From: Basidiobolus meristosporus CBS 931.73
Lineage: Eukaryota; Fungi; Basidiobolomycota
DNA: 64,000 nt
NCBI GenBank assembly: GCA_002104905.1
Contig: MCFE01000198.1
Coordinates: 70,308-134,307, forward strand
Direction: 5' to 3'
This document shows positions 34,069 through 48,803 of the stretch, piece after piece. Every line of letters begins with the position of its first letter. Position 1 is the stretch's first letter. The position numbers were made by a program, and so were the translations under genes. The notes beneath the pieces were generated by a model. It saw only the letters and a program-made list of their open reading frames with translations, searched no databases and was not told the DNA's origin.

Positions 34069-37000
34069 CCCTATGAAAAGTAATTTGGTCCTGTGGGTGG
34101 ATCCAATTCAGATCACCCTTCAAGATCCCATCAGGAGACTGCAATAATACCAGCAGCTTGGAATTAATGACCATCTACATGATCTTGCAATTGGATCGCA
34201 GCAGCATGTTGCTAATCTTCCAGCCAAATAAGGTAGATAAACTATGATGGCGTTTGTATGGTATCTTGTCAAGGGTGGCATGGCATTGTTATGGTCTTAG
34301 TGTGTCTTACAACTCTTTGAGTGGATCTAACTGGCCAGTACATCCAATTGACTTATGTAGCAAGAAACTTGACAGTGTTTTGAGGGTCTCTTTGCAAGCC
34401 TTTGATGGCATTATCATGGCAGTATGCTGGCCTACAGCTAGTTCTGTATAATGCTATAGTACCAATATACTGAATGGTATTCTCCTTCTACTTCCACTTG
34501 CGTAATTCATATATTTCACTGTAGAATCACCCCTCTTCATTTGCTTACCCACTACTACCTTGGATATTCCACATATAGTCTGAATCAAAAATACTATGGC
34601 CTCCTGCTTACTAGCTTCTACAAATGTGCACACCTACTGCAATTGACATATTTCTATCACCTCACCTTTACAGCTTTTGAGTGTGATACTTGCAAAGTTA
34701 TCATATATCTTGTATTTCTGGTTACATGTACATCTTGCAAACATATGCTTGGTTGCTGCCACTTCTGCCATGAATACCTCTTAAATATCTGCAAAGAACT
34801 ATTTGGTATTTAGCCAAAATAATTCTTCCCTTGCTGGATTCTAGTCCTCCTTATAGGTGCATACTAGCTCTTGTTTGTGTGAGTTCCATACTGAATGGTG
34901 TGGAAGTTAGCTTGTGAGCAAGAGAAATCCAGCATTCCTTTGTAGAGTTTTCCTAATAAAAGTAAGTTTTTTGTTGCACCCAACCTACCTTGCATTATTT
35001 AACTGATTACTTACATATTGGGGCTTCTTAGCTTCTTAATGCCATAGGCATAGGTGCCTCCATGTGCACATTTGCCCTCAGTATTTTCCAGCTCCTCTGG
35101 GCTGTCCTCCATGTGCCAAATCTTCATATCCATGATGGACTTGAAGAGAATATCCTTGATGAGATATGGATATGGTAGTACCTGCAACTTGACTTGTTAT
35201 CCTAACTCCCTCACATCCACACCATAGGAAGCTCCCAAAAGGTGAAACAAGGATGAATACTCCTACAATGTCCACTTATGACTCCCAATGCTTCCAATGT
35301 ACTCTTGGTATAAATTGCTTTGGAAGGCCTCTTGAATAAACATATATCCAGTTCATCCAGTCCTTGCACCTGTATTGTTGCATATGTGTATAAAAGTTAA
35401 TTGGAGCTTGTGGGAATTACTTGGAGTGGCAGATACTCTGTAGTATCTTGCCAATTGTTTCAAATTCCTCCAGTATCTCAAATTGCTCATTTAGCTTGAA
35501 ATGCCCCATGTACAACTTGGCCATCAGTATAGGGATATTGCTGAATAGCAAATGCATTGCTCCCAGTGGAAAGCTTTTGCACCAACAGATACCCTCTATC
35601 TTAAGTATTTCTGGATTTCAATTAATTCCATATTCTGGCCAATGGCTTATAGATTGTCAACTTTACTGCAAATGCATGCTGCCTCCTTTACAATCTCCCT
35701 GCAGAAAGATGATGTTCTTAGTGTTGGTGTTTGAGTAATATTAATGTCTGTGAGTTATGGAGTAAGTCCCCTGGATCTTACACATTTGACAGCAATACCA
35801 TCCATTGTGCTCAGAAAAGCTGGCTATCTTACTGATGGCCAGGGTATCTCCAATGCAGATAATAACATGTGCATTTGCATGACAGCCATTCACTGTTATC
35901 CCACTGGAAAGTATACAAAATGCATCCTGCATTGGATACAGGTAGCTATCCAGGTTGGACAGCAATATAGGCCCAGATCCCAGTGAGACTACCATCAGAT
36001 TTTTGCTCCAATACAGTAAGAAAGGCAACAGATTCATGTTGATAAGAATCAGTGGCCTACAGGATTTGCTGGTAGAGTACTTGTTGGTTGAAAATCCATT
36101 AAGTACCAAGGCAAGGGCATGGTCAAACATACCTTCAAAGTGGCCTTGCATCTGAGCTGTTTGTAATATTTGTCTTTAAATATATCTGATAGATTTGAGC
36201 TTGCTTGATACTGAGTGCAATACTTTATAGCTTCACAATGTTTGTCAGACTGCATGAGCATCTTTATATGGGGTATTACTGGGATGTATCCAAATTGTGA
36301 GCAATTTTTCCCCCACTGGTGGTGGATTCCTGGCAAGTTGAGCACCTTGCAATAGCAGCATTTCCCAATGTGAGTGCCATGCAACTATTAGCACATGCTG
36401 GTATCAGGATGGTCTCTGGGTCATATATTGCCACCTGCATGATGGTTTTCCATTTATACCATGTACATGGTAGGTTGCATCCTGCAAAGATTGTGGCAAG
36501 AAGTAGTAGTACCTTCTCAAAGCCCCCATTACTGATATTAGTGGAAACAATCCACTTTTCTGGCCACAACCTGACATCATACACAAGTGGATGTATTACT
36601 TGGCTCACTTGATTCCATAACATATCCTTAGGATTTTTTCCACAAGTGTTGTCCCCTGCATAATAAGATTTTGTCAGGCTCATGCAGGGTACTGTTGTTA
36701 AGGAAGGTGGGCTCATAATCCATCAGTGAGCCTGCTTATTCAGAGCTAGCACCCTGCATACCTTATTCAGAAGGCTGGGGTAAGTCTAGAGGTGTCACAA
36801 ACTCCCCTGACTCAGTTTGCTCAAGGTGACTGGTACAGCCAGATGCCATTATAGAAGTGTCAAGTGGCTGGCAAGATATTTTTGGTACAGCAGTGACTGG
36901 TGAATGGTCATATACAACTTGTGTGGCAAAACATTGACCATGATCTTTGAATACTTCCTATTCTGTCTGCATGCTTCATGGCTGATAGGCTTGCCACAAT

Positions 37001-37422
37001 AGCCACATGGTCTTTTTTCTCTTCTTGTACAGCATTGAATCAAAGTAGTCTTGTCCTTAGGGCAAACAGCTTGAAACTCAACAATGTATTGTTATTATAT
37101 CACTTATTTTCAATACTCATGTGCGTTCAAGAGAGTCTTGTGTTTGAGACATTGCACCTACATGAATGTAAGATTCAATGATGACCCACCATAGTAAGCA
37201 TTATAAATAAAGCTGTGGCACCAGATACACACATATATGTATCACCATTTCCTCTTTGGTTTGACTCACTTCCATATATATGCTGCCAAAGAATAAAGCC
37301 AAGTTGTCTGGTTCCCAACCAAACCCCACCACTGACAGCAGCAGAAGAATAGTTAGACAACAGCTTGCCTTGACATTCAGTGCAACATGCAGGGATACAG
37401 CCAAAAAAGGCCCTATGGAAAG
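34069..37422. mobile_element. CACTA-like copy 3: left TIR, transposase and start of ORF2; truncated
   Basis: CCCTATGAAAAGTAATTTGG at 34069. Colinear with copy 1, with internal deletions; ends at a copia LTR. Confidence 0.82.
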
Positions 37423-38273
37423 TGTTGTAACAGTCTTGGAGTTATTGGAAGTGACTGGGAGAACAAGCAGATTATGTGGTTTTCACTTATTGATATACTG
37501 AATGTAAAAGTAGTATTTGTACTTTTACATGGTCTTGACATTACAGGCACATAGAATAGGTTAAGGAAGGTCCCAAGAGCAAGTGTGCAAAGCTTGGGGT
37601 TGTTTGGACAACTTTGAGAATTTCATGTTCTGGGTACCTGGTATTTTGGTGAAAATATTCCATATAAATCCCAACAAGGTATTTAGTCAGTATTCTCTAG
37701 GATTTGAAGGTAATGATCTAAGTGACTAAGCTAGGTGAGTATTTAGGTGGAGTTTCAAACTTTTACAATACTCCCATTCAGCTTAATGTTCATACAGGCT
37801 AGTCTTGATTTTGACCTACAATATTCAAACTTGCCTCTATATAATGGTTTAGTAAAAATTTCTGCATCATTTCATCTGAAGGACAGTAGTCCAAGCTAAC
37901 TAAGTCATTCTCTGTAGCTTCACATATGAAATGATGTCTAATATATATGTGCTTAGTTCTAGCATGAAAAGTTGGATTTCTACCCAATTGTAATCATCCT
38001 TGATTATCTGGAAATAAAGTAATAGGCATTTTTTGACATAGGCCTAAATCTGTAAAATGCTTTCTTAGCCACATAGCTTCTTTTGTAGCTTCACTGGCTG
38101 CTATATACTCTGCCTCTGTGGTGGAAAGTGCTATGGTTGGTTGCTTTCTTGAGTTCCATGAAATTGATCCTTGACAGTAAAGAAATATATATCCTGTGAT
38201 GGATCTTCTGTCTTCCAAATTTTGTCCCCAATCAGCATCACTGTATCAAACAAGATCTTGTTCCATGACTTAT
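37423..38273 (-). mobile_element. 3' fragment of a copia family-1 element (3' LTR 37423-37770, PPT, RNase H)
   Basis: The LTR matches 11015-11363; CTCCCATTCAGC PPT; TKHIYIRHHF and SWNSRKQPTIALSTTEAEY on the minus strand. Confidence 0.85.
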
Positions 38274-39909
38274 CAGGAATCCACCACCATTGGAGCAAAG
38301 CATTGTCACACTTTGGATATATTCCAGTATGCCTCATATCAAGAAGCTCATGCAGTCTGACAAATATTGTGAAGCTATAAAGTACTGCACTCAGTATCAA
38401 TCCAGCACAAATATATCAGATAGTTTTGATGACAAACATTACAAACAGCTAAGATACAAGGGCTACTTTGAAGGTATGTATGACAATGCCCTTGCCTTGG
38501 CACTTGATAGATTTTTATTAAACAAGTACTCTATCAGCAAATCATGCTGGCCACTGATTCTCATCAACGTGAATCTGCTGCATTTCTTACTGTATTGAAG
38601 CAAAAATCTGATGGTAGTCTCACTGGTATCTGGGCCTATATTGCTGTCAAACCTGGATAGCTGCCTGTATCCCATGCAGGATGCATTTTGTATACTTTCC
38701 AGTGGGATAACAGTGAATGGCTGTCATGCAAATGCACATGTTATTATCTGCATTGGAGATACCCTGGCCATCACTAAGATAGCCAGCTTTTCTGAGCACA
38801 ATGGATGGTATTGCTGTCAAATGTGTAAGATCCAGGGGACTTACTCCATAACTCACAGACATTAATATTACTCAAACACCAACACTAAGAACATCATCTT
38901 TCTTCAGGAATTTTACCTTCAAGTCCATTGTGGATGTGATGAGTTGGCACATGGAGGACAGCCAGGAACAGTTGGAAATACTGAGGACACATGTGCACAT
39001 GGAGACACCTATGCCTATGGCATTAGGAAGCTAAGCAGCCCCAATGTCTGGGTAATCAGTTAAGTAATGCAAAGTTGGGTTGGGTGCAACCAGCAACTAA
39101 TTTTTATTAGGAAAACTCTACCAACATATGCCGGATTTCTCATGGTCACAAGCCAACTTCTACACCATTCAGTATGGAACTTACATAAACAAGAGCCAAA
39201 ATGCACCTATAAGGGTGACTCAAATCCAGTGGGAGAAGGGATATGATGGCTAAACACCAAAAGGTTCTCTGCGGATATTCATGTGGTATTCATGGCAGAA
39301 GTAGAGGCAACCAAGCGTGTGTTTGCAAGATGTAAATGTTACCGGCAATACAACGTATAAGGCAGCTTTGCAAGTATCACTCTAAAAAGCTGTACAGTTG
39401 AGGTGATAGAAGTATGTAAATTGCAGCATGTGTGTGTTTGTGTGTAGAGGTTAGTAAGCAGGAGAACATAGTATTTCCTGATTCAAACTATATGTGGATT
39501 ACACAAGGTATTAGTGTGTAAGTAAATAAAGAGGGGTAATTCTACAGTGAAGTATATGTATTGCACAAGGGGAGGTAGAAAAAGGAGATACCATTTGGTA
39601 AATTGGTGCAATAGCATTATGCGGAACTGGTTGTAGGCCACCATACTATCATGATAATGCCATGAGAGGCTTGCCATGAAGCTGCCAAAACACCATCAAG
39701 TTTTTTGCCATTTAAGCAATTGGATGTACTGGCCAGTTAGATCCACCCAAATAGTTGTAGAGTACACTAAGACCGCAACAATGCCATGCCATCCTGGTCA
39801 AAATACTGCATCAATAATGTAATGCTTTTGATTTTATTTGGCTTTAAAACTAGGCAAATGGCTGAAATAAATTGGATCCTCCTGTGGGACCAAATTATTT
39901 TTCATAGAG
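38274..39909. mobile_element. CACTA-like copy 4, inverted relative to the other copies, internally deleted
   Basis: Transposase fragments lie on the plus strand (ALALD..SCWPLILIN; GDTLAI). The left TIR appears reversed as CCAAATTATTTTTCATAGAG ending at 39909. Confidence 0.8.
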
Positions 39910-42249
39910 TAGGCCCAAATAGTGGTGAGACTACCATCAGATTTCTGCTCTGATGCATTAAGATAGGCAGAAGACTCATGTTTATGAGAATTAGTGGCCA
40001 GGATGACTTGCTGGTAGTGAATTTCTGTATTGGCAATCCATCAAGTGCCAAGGCAAAGGTATGCTCATCCATACCTTCAAGGTAGCCCTTGTTTCTTAGC
40101 TGGCTGTGTTGTTTGCCATCAAATATTTCAGATATGATTGCACTTGATTGATACAGAGTGTGGTACTTTATAGCTTCACAATATTTGTTGGACTGCATGG
40201 GCTTTTTTAGGTAGGGTATTACCAGTGTATATCCACAGTGTGAACAATGTTTTCCCTCAATGGTGGTGGATTCTTGACAAGTTGGACACCTGGCAACAAT
40301 GGCATTTTCTGATGGAAATGCCATGCAATTGTTAACACATGCTGGTAACAGCATAGTCTCTGGGTCTCATGTAGCCAGCTGTATGATACTTGTCCATTCA
40401 TACCATGTACATGACAAGTTGCATTCCAGGATGATTTTTGGCAAGGAGCAGTAGTGAATCCTCAAGGCCCCTATTGATATCAGTGGAAACACACAACTTC
40501 TCTAGACACAACATTACATCATTTACCAGTAGCTGCATTACCAAGCTCACTTGACTCCATCAAGTATACTTGCCTTTTTTTTCCATTAGTGTTGTCATAT
40601 TGTCTAATGAGATTTTGCCAGGCTCATGCAACTCAAAGGCATCACAAACTCACCTGACCTAATTTGTGCAAGGTGACAAGTACAGCCAGGTGCTGTTATT
40701 GGCGTATAAAGTGGCCAGCAAGATACTATTAGTACAGTAGTAACTGATGAATGGTCAAATATGACTTGTGTGGTAAAACACTGGCCTTGATCCTTGTAAT
40801 ACTTCCTATGCTGTCTATGTGCTTCATGGCTTAGTGGCTTGCTACAATAGCCATATGGGCTTTTTACTCTTCTCTTACAGTGTTAAATCAAAATAGTCTT
40901 GGCCATGGGGCAAACACTTTGACACTCACCAACAAAATGCTATTATATCATTTTTTTGTCAACATTCATGTGAATTTAAGACAGTCTTGTACATAGGACA
41001 TTGTGCCTAGATAAATGTAAAATCCAATGATAACCCGCTATAGTAAGCTTTATAAATACAGTTGTGGCACTACATACACATGTATATATACTGCCATTTC
41101 CCCTTTATTTTGACCAACTTCCATATATATGCCATCAAAAATAATATAAAGTTGTCAAATTCCCAATGAAACCCCACTGCTGACAGTAGCATAAGAACAG
41201 TTGGTCAACAGCTTGCTTTGACATTCAATGCAATAAGCAGAGCTATAACCAAAAGTGACCCTGTGGACAGTGTTCCCACTGAAGGTGATAATGCAAACTC
41301 CTCAGGCTCTTAGTCAGGTTGGCAAATGGGAATTTTTGCAGAGCTGCTAGCTGACCATAATGCCAAGGCAGATATAAATGTAGCAAAGGCAGTGCCTTCA
41401 ATTGAGGACCAGCATGTGGCCATCATAGCATCACCACCTCCTGTATTAGTAAGTATATTGTCAGCACATATCAAGGCCTCAATGAGGGAATTAAGTGCAG
41501 TGGCTGATAGGATGGATGCAATGACCCAGAGAGTTCAGGGAATAGTCCAGAAATAGGATGATCAGTCAAAAGGTGTAGAGTGCTCAATATATCAGGTAGA
41601 GAAGGCAGTATCTTTGCTGCAAAGAAGAAACTCAAGCAGCTCAGTGCCACAGCCAAAATTGAGCCATTTTGCAACATAACAGCAGTGGGAAGCTGCACAG
41701 CCTTGGCAGCACAACATCAGTGCCCAAAGATAAAGCCCACAGAAAAACATATTACAGCATGGCAGAGAGAAAATGTAGTGTATATACCAAAGCCTAAAAA
41801 TCAAAAGACATTGTAGATCCATGAAGCCATTGAGTGCAATGATAAAGTGTGGGCTAATATGCATGATGCTGTTAAAAGTCTAGCATGCAAACACCTTAAG
41901 GCCAGCAAACTATGGGACCAACTGAAACTCATGTCCAAGCAGAATATGCTTGACTTGTTTCATGAGCATTATCCTGGAATTAAACAAGTAAACAAACTTT
42001 GGAACAGCATTGGTGTGCTAAGAAAGTAACTGAAGAATAGCAGAAACTATTAAAGGCAGAAGAACAATGGTGCAAAGGCTCAAGATCAGCAGTTTCCTCA
42101 ATTGGTGCTGCAAGCCCAGAACAGACTGAATTCTGTCATAGCCGAGAAGAATTGCCAATAAGAAAACTGCTGTTCTCAACAGAGCTGGAAGCACAGCCAG
42201 TAGACCTACACTCCAGTATTGTAGATGATATTGCATAGAAAGGCAATTT
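39910..42249. mobile_element. CACTA-like copy 5 (internal fragment, more diverged)
   Basis: Transposase 5' half on minus (PACVNNCMAF..CPTCQE) and ORF2 remnants on plus (WANMHDAVKSLACKHL..WDQ). Confidence 0.78.
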
Positions 42250-42617
42250 TGTTGTTATTTAAGAAGTGATCCGGATATAAGCAACCTATCAAGAAATAGT
42301 GATAGTAGTTAAACTGTTGCTTATTAATAAAGAAGCTCAGTATTTATACCTTTGTAGAAGTAATACAGCTGTAGCACTAAGCAAGGAGGGCTTCTCACTA
42401 TTCAGGAGCATTCTGTAACTGTTTCAGGGTTGGTATATGATGTTTAATAATAGTGCTAATTTGATCCTGACTATAAAGAAATAATCATGAGATCATAGAT
42501 CTGATGAAAGTAGCAAAGTTAGACTGTAAGTTAGTCCCACATTGACCAAGACTAATCCAGAGTTGTTAAGTAAATTTTTAGCTGCAGAATGATACCAAAT
42601 TGTCCAATATTTCAGCA
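42250..42617 (-). mobile_element. Inverted LTR of copia family 2
   Basis: Reverse complement of the LTR at 46129-46489. Confidence 0.75.
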
Positions 42618-45600
42618 AACACTACTTCTTGATAGGTTCCTTGTATCCATATCACTTGTTAAATTGCAACAGGTTATGGCCCCCAGTTGCCTTATCAATT
42701 CCAAAAATGACTTCTACCAGCAAACAGAACAATACAAACATCTTCCCTGTAAAGGAGAAATTTGATGGAAAGAACTACAGACTTTGCAGAATAAAGATGC
42801 AGATCCACCTTGAGGAAAGAGAGCTTTAGGATATAGTAACAGGAAAAGAAGAAGAGCCCACAGCAGCAGCAGAAGAAGTGGAGAAGTTTCAAGAGAAGGA
42901 GAGAAAGGCTTTTAATGCTGTATTTATCAATATGCAAGATTCCTTCACTAGACAAATCTATGCTTTAAATACTGTCAAAGCAGTATGAGAATCCTTAGAG
43001 AAAATCTTTAGAGCCAAGTCAGTATCAAGCAAGCTTTATTTCAAGCAAAAGTTCTTCATCATGAGGGAGATGCCAGATGATGACTTGCTATAACTCATTA
43101 CTAGGACAGAGACACTTGCAAAAGAACTTTGCAGTATTAATGCTGGTGCGGATGATGAAGAAAAGACAATCTGCCTGCTTTGCAGCCTACCAGACAAGTA
43201 TGAGCCACTCATACTTTCTTTTGAAAGCAGATAAGACAATTGACTTAAGACTATGTCAAAGGAAGAATTCTCTATGAGGAACTCTGACAACATGATCAAG
43301 CAGAGATAGCTAAAGACAATGCTTTATACAGTGCAGATGATGAAAACAGAAACTGGAGCAGGCAAACCACATAGCTGCTGATGAACAGTTATATGTAACT
43401 GTAGAAGAGAGTGCAAGTAACCAAGGTAATGAAAGGTATCTTGACTCTGGAGCATCACAGTATATTTGTGGTATAAAGGGGTGGTTCTGTGACCTAAAGA
43501 CTATTCCGGTAAGAAATACTTATCTGGGAGACAATCCAGCACTGGAAGCTACCCCCAGTGGGTCTATACAACTAAATATGAGTGATATCCCATGGACTAC
43601 ACCATCAAAACTAACTGGCATACTCTATATAACTGGAATAGCTAAAAACCTACACTAAGTCAGTAAATCAACTGCTCAGGGCCTGTAATTTGTATTTAAT
43701 AAGCTGAGCGGCTCAATATTGAGTGAAATTTGACAAAAATTAGATTTGGAAATCAGAGATCACAAAATATTCAAGTTACAATGCAAGATCATTGTGGCTG
43801 AGTATGCCAACACTGCTGAAACTGATGAAACTAACCGGGAAATGTGGCATAAGCTGCTAGGACACATTAGGGTAAAGAAAATGTGCCAGTTAGTGAAAAA
43901 TCAGTTTGTTTGTGCCCAAATTACTCAATGGCAATCAAATTGAGTGCCTGTAAGGGATATTCATATGGCAAACAAGCTAGGTAACATTTTGAGATCTCGG
44001 GAGGCATCAACATCACCAAGATATTTGCTATTGTACACTCAAACATATGTGGGCCAATGAGAAAACTGTCCCTTGGAGCTAACAGATGCTTTATGAAAAT
44101 TATTGATGACAAGCCAAGATATATGTGGGTGTGCTTCAACAAAACAAGGGATGAAGCTTTAGAGATGCTTAAACACTTCAAGAACATGGTAGAAACTTAA
44201 GCTGGGTGTAAATTGACAGTGCCCCAATGTGACAATTGAGGGGAATACTGAATCTGTTGCTACCACTGTATGCATCAAGAATAGATGCCCAACAACAGCA
44301 CTATGGGATTCTACACCCTTTGAAGCATATACTGGCAAAATACCTAACCTCCAGCACCTTAGGATCTTTGGCAGTGGTGTCTTTTATCTTATCCCTCACA
44401 AAAAATGCTCAAAGCTAGAGCCACAGAGTAGAAAAGGGATCATTCTTGGGTATTGTGATGGTACTCAAGTGTACAGAGTATATGATGGCAAAATCCAGAA
44501 GCTGATCAAGAGCAGGGGCATTGTATCTGAGGAGAATTCTGATCAGAAAGCCACTAAAGTTATTGGCCATCTGCCTGATGTTGCAATAAACACTAATGAA
44601 GAAGCAACATATATAATTCAGCCAAACACAGAAGAGAATTTGACCGGTTCCAGATCAGAGCATACAATCCCAGTTGGAAGATCTACCAGAATAAGAAATG
44701 CCCCTGGATCCAGATAGCAGACATCCATTGGTCATCAGGAAGCTTATCTTGCCTTATGTGCCAAACTGCAGAATCTGGAACAGGCAATGCAAAGTCCAGA
44801 TACTACTATGTGGCTACAAACCATGCAGAAGGAGTACAAATCACTGATTATGGCAAAAATGTGGGAACTGGAAGATTTACTGAGTGGGATATAGACAATA
44901 GGATTTAAATTGGTTAACAATATTAAGATAACCTTAAAGGGTATTATTGATAAGTACAAGGCTAGATAGGTGGCTAACGGCTCTTCCCAGATCCAGGGAC
45001 TAGATTTTACGAAAACACTTGCTCTGGTTGCCAAGGTTAACTCTATTAGGACAGTCTCAGCCCTGGCAGCTGTATACAGTCTAGATCTGCACCAAATGGA
45101 CATCAAAACAGCCTTTCTAAATGGGGATTTGCAAGAAGCTATATATATGGAGCAAACAGAAGGCTTTTCCAATCCCAAAAGCCCCCATGTGGTGTGCATA
45201 CTTAGGAGATCATTGTATGTGGTCAGGCAGGCACCTAGAGCATGGTATAACAAGATTGTCACATCTTTAGAGAGAATTGGATTCATTTTTGCTCTGCAGA
45301 TCACAATATATATGTGAGGCAGCTCAAAAGGGTTTGATCATCCTAGTTCTTCATGTGCACTACCTTATAATAGCTACAAGTGACCAGGGGGCACTTGAAC
45401 AGACAAAATCAGATCTCCTCAGCAAGTTTGAGATGAAAGATCTTAGAAAACTAAGCTATATCTTTGAATTGAAGTCAACTTTGACATACCTACATAGAAA
45501 ACTGTGCTGAATCAGTCTAAGTACACCAGGGACATTCTTAGGTGCTTAAAAGTGGAAAATTGCAAATCTGCAGCTATAACTATGGACAATATTCTGAAAT

Positions 45601-46489
45601 TGCGCAAATCTTAGCCAGTTTTAGATGAAAATGGCTCAAATATTGACCAAAACTTTCCCTATCAGTCAATAGTTGGTAGCCTTATCCATGTGATGGTGTC
45701 TACATGCCCAGATATTATATTGGCAGTTGGAATAGGCAGTTGGTTCATGCGGAATTATGGATCAGGATAAATTACCATAGTTAAGTGGATTTCAGATATC
45801 CACAGGTATCATAAATAAGGTACTGGAATACTCTGGAGCAGCTACTAAGCAAAGACTTAGGCTCCAACTCAGCTGAACCAACATGTATTTACAAAGATAA
45901 TCAAAGTTGTATTTTGTTAGCTAAGAATCCTACTAATCATGCCAGAGCTAAGCATATAGATATACAACACCACTTTGTGAGGGAAGCTGTAGAGAATAGC
46001 TTGGCAGAGCTAGTTTACTGTCCAGCTGAAAAAATGGTGGCAGATATATTGACAAAGCCACTGGCTAAATCACAACTTGAGAATCTCACAGAGGAATTAG
46101 GATTAAGAAATTATCAGCTGAGGGAAAGTGTAAGAATATTAGACTATTTGGTATTAATCAGCAGCTAAAAGTTTACGTAATAACTCTAGACTAGTCTTGA
46201 TCACTGTAGGGCTACTTTACAGCCCTAACTTTGGCAGTTTATTCAGATCTATGAGCCTATTACTATTTCCCTCTAGTCAAGATCAAATCAACACCTTTTA
46301 CCAAACATTATGTACAAATTGTGAAACTGTTACAGATTGCTCCTGAATGTTGAGAAACCCTCCTTACTTAGTGGTACAGCAGTATTACTTTGACAAAAGT
46401 ATTAACACTGAGTCTCTTTATGAATAAACAGGAGTTCAACTATTTCTTGATAAGTTCCCTATATCCAAATCACTTCATAAATTGCAACA
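42618..46489 (+). mobile_element. Ty1/copia element D (family 2), degenerate; only the last ~54 bp of its 5' LTR remain
   Basis: AATTGCAACA followed by PBS GGTTATGGCCCCAG (42672). gag EKFDGKNY, protease YLDSGAS, integrase, RT (LHQMDIKTAFLNGDLQEAIYMEQ), RNase H (AKHIDIQHHFVRE), PPT GCTGAGGGAAAG and 3' LTR 46129-46489. Confidence 0.85.
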
Positions 46490-47269
46490 GAAGTGTGGTC
46501 TAATATCTAGGAGGGTATAAGATGTCTAGCATTCCAACACCTTAAGATCAGTGGACCATAGGACCATCAGGAACTCCCTGCCAAGCTGAATGTGCTTGAC
46601 CTGTTCCATGAGCATTAATCTGGACTCAAGCAAGTAAACATAATTTGGTCCAGGATTGGTATACTAAGAAATTATCTCAAGAATAGCAGAAACTATCAAA
46701 GGCAGAACTACAGGGGTACCATGGCTAAAAACAGCATCTTTCTCAAGAGCCTATTACAAGCAGGGACAAAAGCTTTAAGCTAGTGGCAATGATGTGTAAG
46801 GTAGACAGAAAAGTGCCAGTAAGGGACAAGCAGGCTGACATGGATGCACCAGCACAACATTTATGAATCAAAGAATGTAGTTCCATTGGAGAAACAGTCA
46901 GTCAAAGTAGTGGTGAAGGACCTGACAGTTATAAAAAGTAGCAACTACCTTAGAAGCCTCTCAAAACCAGGGCTGGATGCTCAACACAGGCAGCAAAGAA
47001 TTGTCAGGTTTACATGAGGGTACCCATAAGGGACAAGCTGGCAGAAGCAGATGCACTACAGCAGCATTTATCAAGAAGAAAACCAGGGTCAGCACACAAA
47101 GCACTCAGCAAAGTAGCAGTGAGAGACCAGGTAGGGATAAAGGAAAAGACAGAGGGAGAAAAGTCTGCCCAAGCCAGCAACAGGGAAGTGTGAGCAAAAT
47201 TCTACAGTTCCTGCTAGTTAATATTCTAATCCTGGAACATGCTTAATCCCATAATAGCCTAGATGAATT
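46490..47269. mobile_element. CACTA-like copy 6 (ORF2 fragment)
   Basis: Homologous to ORF2 of copies 1 and 2 (GGACCATCAGGAACTC..CTAAGAAATTATCTCAAGAATAGCAGAAACTATC). Confidence 0.7.
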
Positions 47270-48803
47270 TGTTCTGACCTACTGCTTGAATGTTTAAGAA
47301 AGATCATTTCTTAGTCAAACCAATTAGTTATATGCTTGCCTATCAGTATACCAGTGTTATCTATCAGATCAGCAGCATTAGTCAGCAAATGAATCTGCAG
47401 ATCCTTATCAGACAGGAATAGATATATTAAGTATATTCTTATTGGGTGATGATGATGCAATCAAATGAGTCATCAATCACAACCTACATTAGGAAATATA
47501 ACTTGTCAGCAATTGATCTGGCAAAATGTATATAAGGAGCTGCTGGAATCTCAATACAGATTAGTTCAAGCTTTAGCAAATACAATACTAGCTAAGCTGC
47601 CTATTCCTCTACAACTCTTATACCAAGACTTGTAACATTGGTAGCAGCAATAATCAGAAACCTCCCTCCTAAAGAAAGAAGAAACCCCCATCAACATGTC
47701 TGAAAGTCAAGAATGGAAGAATGCTATGCAGCAAATCCTGGCCTAATAGCAACAGTGACTCCAGATCCTTAGCCAGCAGCAACAAGGAATGACTACCATG
47801 GCCCAAAGCCAGCAAAACCCTGTCAAGAGCAACTTTAGTGTGAAGGTCAACTGGTACCATGATAGAGTCAATGAAAACTTGGGAACTTGGCTCTTCCAGA
47901 TTGAAGAGGCTTTCAAGGCAAAGCAAGTTATATTATGCGGCCTCTTACCTGACAGATGCAGCTTTACAGTGGTACCACAACAAGCTCAGGTCAGCCACCA
48001 TGATAGGATGCTCTAAAACCTCTATGTGCAATGAATTTGTGTTGGGAATTCAGGATGCTTTTGAACCTCTACACCAGCAGACACTACTAAGAAGAAAGTT
48101 GAAGACACGCAGACTGAAAGGAATGGCACATGAGTACATCTATGACTATAGATGTCTACATGGACAAATTGAATGAATGGACCCCCTGGATCAAGTGGAA
48201 TGCTTCATTGATGGGTTGAAAGAAAGAACTTGTAAGGAAGTGAATTATCATAGACCCCAGACTATTGAAGAAGCTATCAAGATTGCCATTGACTCTGACT
48301 CAGCTATGTTTGGAGTTGGGAATCCCACAATGACAAATCAGAGAGGTTACAATTATTATGAAAGAAGACAATCAGAAGCAGCGCCAATGGAAATAGATGC
48401 TATGAAGAAGAATCCTACCTCAGAAGTATGTAAGAAGAAAGGACTTTGCTTCAATTACCACCAGCAGGACATATTGCAAAGTACTGCCCTCAGAGAAGAA
48501 ATGGACATTAGCCATCAAGAAGCTTCAACCATATTGAAGCCCATGAGCATAGTAACATGGAGGATGAACTTGAAGATGACTCAGAACTCACCTTCCATAT
48601 TACAGAAGAATACCTATCCCAGATGACCTCAAACTCAGGAAAGCTATTATATTTGAATGGAGTAATCAATGGAGTACCTGCCAAGACCATGATTGACTCA
48701 GGAGCAGTGCATGAGTACATGTCAGAGCAATTTGCTTTGAAAGCTGGAATCCACTTGGAACCCACCAAATCAACCTCAGTCTCAACAGCTGATGGGAACT
48801 CTC

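Noticed and set aside
11010-37422. GAAAG target-sequence preference of copia family 1 (at 11010/16969 and 37418)
   Set aside because: Other family-1 flanks (AAAAC, CTCTC, ATTTC, TTATA) differ; the sample is too small.
20000-47000. Host genes hidden among the many 60-150-aa ORFs
   Set aside because: Each one checked maps to a CACTA, copia or gypsy fragment or its antisense; no intron-bearing, CpG-normal island was seen.
48480-48560. Programmed gag-pol frameshift in the gypsy element
   Set aside because: The frame change maps to a 1-nt loss within the CCHC knuckle. Once restored, gag runs in frame into the protease apart from one TAG, which indicates decay.
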